64,000 bases of DNA, taken from Priapulus caudatus (lineage: Eukaryota). The stretch spans positions 433,963-497,962 of the forward strand of contig NW_014577085.1 of NCBI RefSeq assembly GCF_000485595.1, written 5' to 3'. The position numbers and the translations under genes are program-made. The notes beneath the pieces were generated by a model. It was not told the DNA's origin. It saw nothing but the letters and a program-made list of their open reading frames with translations, and did not search any database. Of the stretch, positions 57,227-64,000 are shown piece after piece. The first letter of the stretch is position 1, and every line of letters begins with the position of its first letter.

Positions 57227-60200
57227 ATTTATGTGTTTGGATATCATCGGCACTATCGAGAGATTCTAGCCTCAAATTTTCTAAAGCATTAAATTCAATA
57301 GATCGTAGGGCATACCATTTACTTCCAATAACAAGTTCCAAAGCGAAAGAGAGAAGCGAAAAGCGTTCGCTGGCGGTAAACGTTGGTTTTCGTCCCTTGG
57401 TTATATCAACTTTTAGGGTCAACGTAAAGGTCCATGGTCGATAAGTAAAGACACAAAATAACCTGTTGCAATCAATTTGCCAACGGACTATATCAACAGA
57501 TCGAAAACGCCCAAATTTGGCGTTTTGGCACGACTTATTCGCATCACTCCAGCATTAGTGAACAGAGCAGGCCATTATCTATTAAAAATGCCTGGACAAA
57601 TATAGTTTGCACTAACGGTGTTTCATCCCGTTTCTAAATTACGGTAACAAGAGTGATTATAGCGCCGCAACATAAGTCCTTTACAAAAGGATGAACTAAT
57701 AACAACAATGCAAGCTGTGGTCGATGTAATAACATTTGCGTGGGTGAAACATTTGAGCCAGATCACATTTAAGCTGAATTACTTCAGAAGAGGCTAAACC
57801 TCATAATCGCGTCGCCTCCTGAATGTCCCTGAACTATTTTTTTTTTCAGTTATACAAAAGGCCTTTATACGATTCTGGGGTTATCCGCCCGCTAATTGTA
57901 GTTTGGTAGACAATTTTCACCCAAAAACGTTCGTTGAACCTTTTTCGATCCATGCAAAATTGCGTTCAGTGTCAACGGTATATGTGAGGGTAGTGATAGG
58001 AAGTGAAAGATACACAGTTGGCATTTCTTTGAAGAGCCAGGATTAGAGTATTTTGATGAGATTGTGAGAAGACTGGCCGGAAACGAGTGATTTATTTGTC
58101 AAACGCAGAGCCGACACGTATGGTCAGAGTAATTGCGTCAGATAATGGAGGTACTGTGCGGTTTTTTAAAGTCGTATAACGTTTGCGGTTACATTGGCCA
58201 GCAGTTGATGGCGACATTTACCTCGTCGTTACCGTTTGCCGTCATGACATCGTAAAACGACGATCGTTTACTGATAGCACTGACAAGTTTACGACGTCCG
58301 TAATTTTTGGCTGATCTTTGCCATTCTTGGTATGACAGCGTGGTATGCAGGTGTGTACCCGCAGGTGGAATGCATTCCGGCGCTATGTGGGGGTGGTGCT
58401 GACTTCTTTTACCATTGGTGGAAGTATAATGCTAGTCTCCCGAGATGGAATTATTATTTTGCATTTTCAATTATTGATTGAACTCTTAATGTAGCTGCCG
58501 CCCTCCCGAGCCTAGTTTTATCCTACTCCTGGACCACGAGATTATACAGGGGAGCTACGGGAGGGAGGGAGGAAGGAATGAGGGAGGGAGGCAGGGAAGG
58601 AGGGAAGGAGGGAGTGTCTTTACTTATGCCCATGTTACTTTTCCCGTGTTAGTGCCAAGTCTTATTACGGGCCGCAGTCGCAAGCGGCCGCTACCATGCA
58701 GCTAAACCGTGACAACACGTAGTAGAGCTACAACGTGCGGGTGCTTGTTGGTAAATTTGGGCGATGTTGCAGTTATCGTGCAGTTTATTTGGTGGCGTAT
58801 GCGTCGCATTAGATTTTCGGGCGTGGAGAGGGTGTGGCTTCGAACCACGTATCTTTCTGCAGTTGCGGGATGTATTTTACCATATTTCGTAAGAAGATTA
58901 CGCATTAGTCACTGATGTTACTATACGTGAACTATTTTGCCGTTAACGTTTGAACGTACGCACGTAAGAAATTGTACACAAATTACAGACGACTGTTGCA
59001 CACTGCATACGATGACACACAGTATTAACGACTAGGCAAAACCTTCAGCTGTTGTGAGAAATGTTATCGCCGATCAACCCCCAGCCTCATATTTGCATGA
59101 CAGTGCAAGAAAGTGATGGAAGACGTTCATTCGCTCGGTCACTCTCTCTTTCTAATAAGACAACTAGGGCGCGGTGGCATCGTTCTCTGCATGCAGGATT
59201 GAAAAGGACTGATGTGCATGTCGTGGAATACTGCTTGACGAGTAAGCGCGTACGTTAATGCGCCCGAACAGCTGCGTTTTAGAACTTAGAAAACTCAGTA
59301 AACAACCGCAGTGACACAGATTCTCCGCCACCTTGTTTGCGAAGCGGCTTAATACGCACCAGCTATTCATCCTGTTGTCCCTACACGGTAAGCTACAAAA
59401 ACACTCTCTGTGCATAGTTCCTTCCGAATCGGAGGCTCTGTAACACAATCGTTTGGACTCTTACGAAAGTGACTGTCTGCTTTCCATGTCTAATTAAGCC
59501 TCCTTAAGAGCGGATTAGGCCGAGCAATATAAAGTCGAAAAAGAAGTGTCCCTCTGGCCCACAGTCGCGTGCTACAGGCCGCTCGGCTGGCTGCTTATAA
59601 TAACTGTTTGCCTTTACGTTGTTACGGGTCAGTTTGGGGATTTTTTTCTTAGTGAGAATCAAAAGGGTGAGTGAACCAGTTTCGCTTAGTGAATAGACAT
59701 CCAGGTCGGCGCTAAGGGGTGACTTGGAAGTGACAGAAATATTCCGAAGGGATTTCTCGGCGCGCTCAACTGTTTGTGCACTCTTGCTGCCTATATCTTA
59801 GGCTTTCGTCGGTGCTCTATATTTCGCAGGCTATGCCGGAGATAATCCGTTAGATCGCACGTCGCTACAAAATGTGCCGAGTGAAAGCTAAAGGAGAGAG
59901 GACGAAAGATGAGGGTTTTTTGAGAGATAAATAGAGGCGGGGTGATAGAGAGACGGATAGATTGAGTGATTGAGTGAGTGGGTGCATGCTGGTGTGCGCG
60001 CGTACGTGCGCGCGTGCGTGCGCGCGTGCGTAATATAAATAATTGAGGTCGTGTGCAAAGGACCGTAATATACTAAAAACACTATAAAAGCTAATAGATT
60101 ATTGCATGTCCAACCCGCTTCGCTTCAGCTACGCCAAGCGTAATTTAGTTCTGATTAACAGTCAACGCATAGCTTCTATATCGCATTATAAAGTCAGAGT

Positions 60201-62480
60201 TACATGTTGGAATCACTTAGCATGCACCGAGGTGGTGTAGGCGTGCTAAGATAATGGTTTAATAAAATTGTTGTGAAGTATGTGAACTACTTTGTTTGGC
60301 TAAAGTACAATGACATCGCAATGTTGGCAAAGTTCCAATATATACAATTTATATAAGTCTATATGTGTTTGTGTGTGCGTGCGTGTGTGGGGTGTGCGAA
60401 TGCGCGCGCGTGTGTGTGAAGGTAGAAACAGGGTACGTGTCTGTGGTTGTTATTATACTTGTATGTCAGTATTTTGTGTGTAGTGCAGTATGTGTGTATT
60501 TTTTGTGTAGCATATAGTTTATATTCCACTATTCAGTAAATATTATTCGATAATTTTGCAATAATAATGTCTGTAAATATATGCAAAAGGTAAAAAAAAA
60601 AAAAGCGTATCCAGTAGCACTAAAGCTTGCCACTTCTAATGAAACAGCATATCGTGGGAAGATAATTTTTTATATTGTGTAATTTAACCTCTTGAACACG
60701 TCAAAGTGAATTGTGAAGGTAGATTATGAATTTGTAAGCTAGGTTAACTCCTAACTATATTACGAAACTTGTTTACACGAAAAGCAGATAACGCATCTCC
60801 TGTTGTCAACGTGTTTCTGTAAGCACGTGCTATCAGATTGCATGTGAACCCACCTACTGTAAAGTGATTAAACCTTGTAGATGGTTCTTACTTTTTTATT
60901 TATAGACGCGCGTTAATATTCAGGTTTGGTTTCCACAGTCTCGTAAATCAGAGTGGCACGCCACCTGGCGTGCCTTCCATATGTTCATGAGATACAGGTA
61001 TACATAAATCAAAATGTTATAATTCTAGTCGGTGAATAAATATTAGCAGACACTTTTATTCGATTGCGCGCGAAGGTCTCGGTGAAATGTGCAGCTATAA
61101 CGTGAGATAACTATGGAGAAGGTAGGACTGCAATTAGGAAGGGGTCAAGATTGTGTTTATAGGCACTTTGACCGAAGTGAAACGAAACGGATTCACCGTC
61201 TGAATAGTAAGGTGATGGATAATTCGAGTACTCGCTCGAAATAATCAAGACACTTGTCGTGTACATCACCTAATGATTTACACGTGGTTTGCCAGAAAAG
61301 CCCCTCATACGCAGACGCCAGCTACGATTCTTTAGCAAACGTTATTTATGCTAAACACCAGGTGTCCTTGCTGTCGGCTATTCGCTGTCAGCCGCAGCGA
61401 ACGCTGGTGGTTCGCTCGTAAATTCGACAAGTTCTGAGTAAAAGCTCATTATTTTGCAATGATCGCCAGTGACACTCACTGTCAGTCGAAATAGAAAACA
61501 AACTGGTGACAATTTTCCGATCGGCTACGTTCATGTACACCTGGAAGCGACTAACCTGCTATTGTGGCAGGTCTATCGTTTGCCTTTGTATTGCCACTAT
61601 TTTGCAGTAAATAACTCGTACGAAAAAAGCTGAACACCCACAGTGCTGGAAGGAAACAGCCGAACCGCAAAAAAATGTGAGCATGAGATTTTGATCTTGC
61701 TTAACGAGCTCGGGGTCGTAGTCGTCGAGCGGTATGCGTGGCGTGTGCGTGTGCGTGCGTGCGTGCGTGCGCCCGTGTGTGTGCGCGCGAGTGTGTGAGT
61801 GGTGTGAAAAGTCCGTTAAACACTTCTTTCTTTTAGCTTCTTTCTTTGCAAAGTATGACATCATCCACGCCTCCATTATTTTAAAGGCTCTTTAAAAACA
61901 ACCTGTTACATAGTTAATGGATGGTTAAACTTCTGCCCATGGAACCATTTTCATAATTGGTGTCAATAGCTACGACGGTTCAGTCCATCATAAAGAACTC
62001 GGATGATTCTTATTTTATTATAGTCTGATAATTATTAGTTTCTTATTATGTATATTGCTTTAGATCTACTTTAAATTTGAAACTATAGTTTTGCCCCATC
62101 TGAATGTGATAAATATTTACACGAACTGTTGAATCTGGTGTTAAGACGTGGGATCAAAAAGGCGTCAAAATTTAAATATCAATCAAAATGTGAGGAACGG
62201 GTTCAGGATAGTCTATACTCGTTGCCGTGAGTTTCGGCTAGTTAACCAGTAAAACCGTCGACTGGTTTGGTGAGGCGTAGGGTAGTGTTGCATGGCGCGG
62301 TGCCCATGGTAGCCTGATGTGGTATGGCAAGGTGCGGTGTCGTATAATGTCCTGTAGTATAGCATGGCTGTATATCTTCTGTAAAACTAAAAGCTCAACC
62401 ATTCCGCTTCGTACGGTTAGTTCTAACTGTATCTATCTATATACCCCTTGGTAGAGGATTAAGTGGCTAGTTTCGCTTAC

Positions 62481-62739
62481 CGCTCTTGCTTGAGTGGGAA
62501 TCGGTGGGTAGAACCAAGCTCTGCAACGCTCCGCAGTACTTGCCGTTGCTCCCCGGGCTGAGAGCATCCAGGTTGAGCGTGGAGCTGAAAGCGCTTAGGT
62601 TGCTCATTGACTCCATGATTCGTCTCCGATCTTCCGGCGTCAGTGAGTCCTGCATGGGGGGTTTGGTGTCTTCGCTACCCTTGGTGAAGGGCGTGTGCCG
62701 CAGCACAAAGCCGCGCAGGTTGTCCAGATACTGCGACAT
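62481..62739 (-). CDS. Putative first coding exon of an unidentified minus-strand transcript
   Basis: ATG at 62739, 86 codons with coding-like GC3 (MSQYLDNLRGFVLRHTPFTKG...DRRRIMESMSNLSAFSSTLNLDALSPG...SSKS), ending at a strong donor G|GTAAGC in phase 1. No family recognised. Confidence 0.5.
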
Positions 62740-63412
62740 GGTGCGCGTCCACGTCAATCTCCCCGCTGATGGAATTTCCTTCCTCCCAGCTAGATGTCAC
62801 TGAACAGGTTCCGTATCCCTAACACGATCGCGTCTCTCTCGATATGATAAGCACTATTCACTCGCGTGCAAAAGATCTTTTACGGGACGTTGATCAGATG
62901 TAATGTGTTGTGAGATTTTCATCGTGTCTCTTTCGGCGAGCCTGAGGGACGGAGTGGCGTTACTGCGCGCATCGCACACGAAATGTGACACCTGGCACAC
63001 TCTCCATCTCGTTCCCAACTATGACAGTCCCGCCTACTATCGCGTTGTCACTTTAACTGCACCGATTATAGGATAATGATCATTGGGCAATTGGAACGAT
63101 TAGCTCACTTTCGCCGTATTGTTGAATTTACGGGCATTCTCTCTGGGTCACTAAGATCCCACGCTAGCACGGTCGCAATTAACTCTGCTTTCTTAACGTG
63201 TGTCTTGAGGGGGAAACTCGCAGGCGATAAATATACCATGCGTGTCAGATTTCCATTCTAACGCAATCACGCTCTGCTATGGTATAGCAATCGTGTGTAC
63301 ACTATACGCACAGGTAGCTCCTTTCTCGTGCGATTAGAATGCGAAATAACGCTCGTGCTGATCGCTGAAAATCACACAGTTTCTTTGACCTGCTGCTAGT
63401 ACTACTACTAAC

Positions 63413-63588
63413 ACTGCTGCTGCTGCTGCTGCTAGTGGTGGTGGTGGTGGTGGTGGTGCTGCAGTTGCTGCTAGTGGTGGCGGTGGTGCTGCAGTTGCTG
63501 CTAGTGGTGGCGGTGGTGCTGCAGTTGCTGCTAGTGGTGGCGGTGGTGCTGCAGTTGCTGCTTCTGGTGGTGATGTCGGTGGTGGTGC
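63413..63588. repeat. 30-bp tandem repeat built from CTG/GTG triplets
   Basis: GTGGTGGCGGTGGTGCTGCAGTTGCTGCTA repeated about 4 times. Confidence 0.85.
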
Positions 63589-64000
63589 TTTCCTCCCCCA
63601 CCAGTACGCGGCATGCGTGCCAGGTGTAGTGTACAAATATCCACAGTTCTTCTCTGCACCTTGCACATGCAACTGTCCACGATCTCCTCTCGACATTCCA
63701 TTCCTCTCCTAGCCGTTAATCAGCCTAGGAGGCGGAGATACGCTGAAATCTTCACCCGGCGACTTTCTATGTGTAAAAACTCCGATTCACTTAAATAACA
63801 GAAACATTTTCGCGGGGAAACACTAGCAGGCGTCCCGGAAGCACTGTCACTGGTGAAGGTAGGAGGAGGTGTTTTTTATGGCTGCCGACCGCGCTGGGAT
63901 CTGCCCGCAGAGCTTCGTCCTCCCTGAACGCTCTCGATGGTGGTCGTGGTGAGCGAGTGCTGCGCTCAACCAGCAAGTGTTGCTTAGCACAGTGCACACG

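Noticed and set aside
63302..63696. Thr/Ser- or Pro/Ala-rich ORFs
   Set aside because: They arise from a triplet-based tandem repeat open in several frames; no splice or homology support.

Overview
Eukaryotic (animal, probably non-vertebrate) genomic DNA with spliceosomal GT-AG introns, microsatellites and two short N gaps; the species cannot be fixed from the window. I reconstructed five genes by hand: salvador/SAV1 (+, 7 coding exons, 2192-8894), TMED10/p23 (-, 5 exons, 13848-17720), mitochondrial DNA polymerase gamma POLG (+, one uninterrupted ~1150-codon ORF, 21604-25056), a DAAM formin (-, 22 coding exons, 28916-42676) and the 5' part of kinesin KIF6 (+, from 51127, head-to-head with DAAM). 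An orphan minus-strand exon lies at 62481-62739. Non-coding space is dense in non-autonomous foldback/MITE elements with readable target-site duplications (TSDs). These include a 5-copy family with ~9-bp TSDs carrying variable (TTAGGG)n tracts, 40-60 bp micro-hairpins with 7-bp TSDs, nested foldbacks at promoters, a Helentron-type element and a CR1/L2 LINE fragment. Penelope-like remnants with minimal hammerhead ribozyme motifs sit in (TA)n tracts. Most short ORFs in the supplied track are artefacts of palindromes, simple repeats or antisense GC3 bias.
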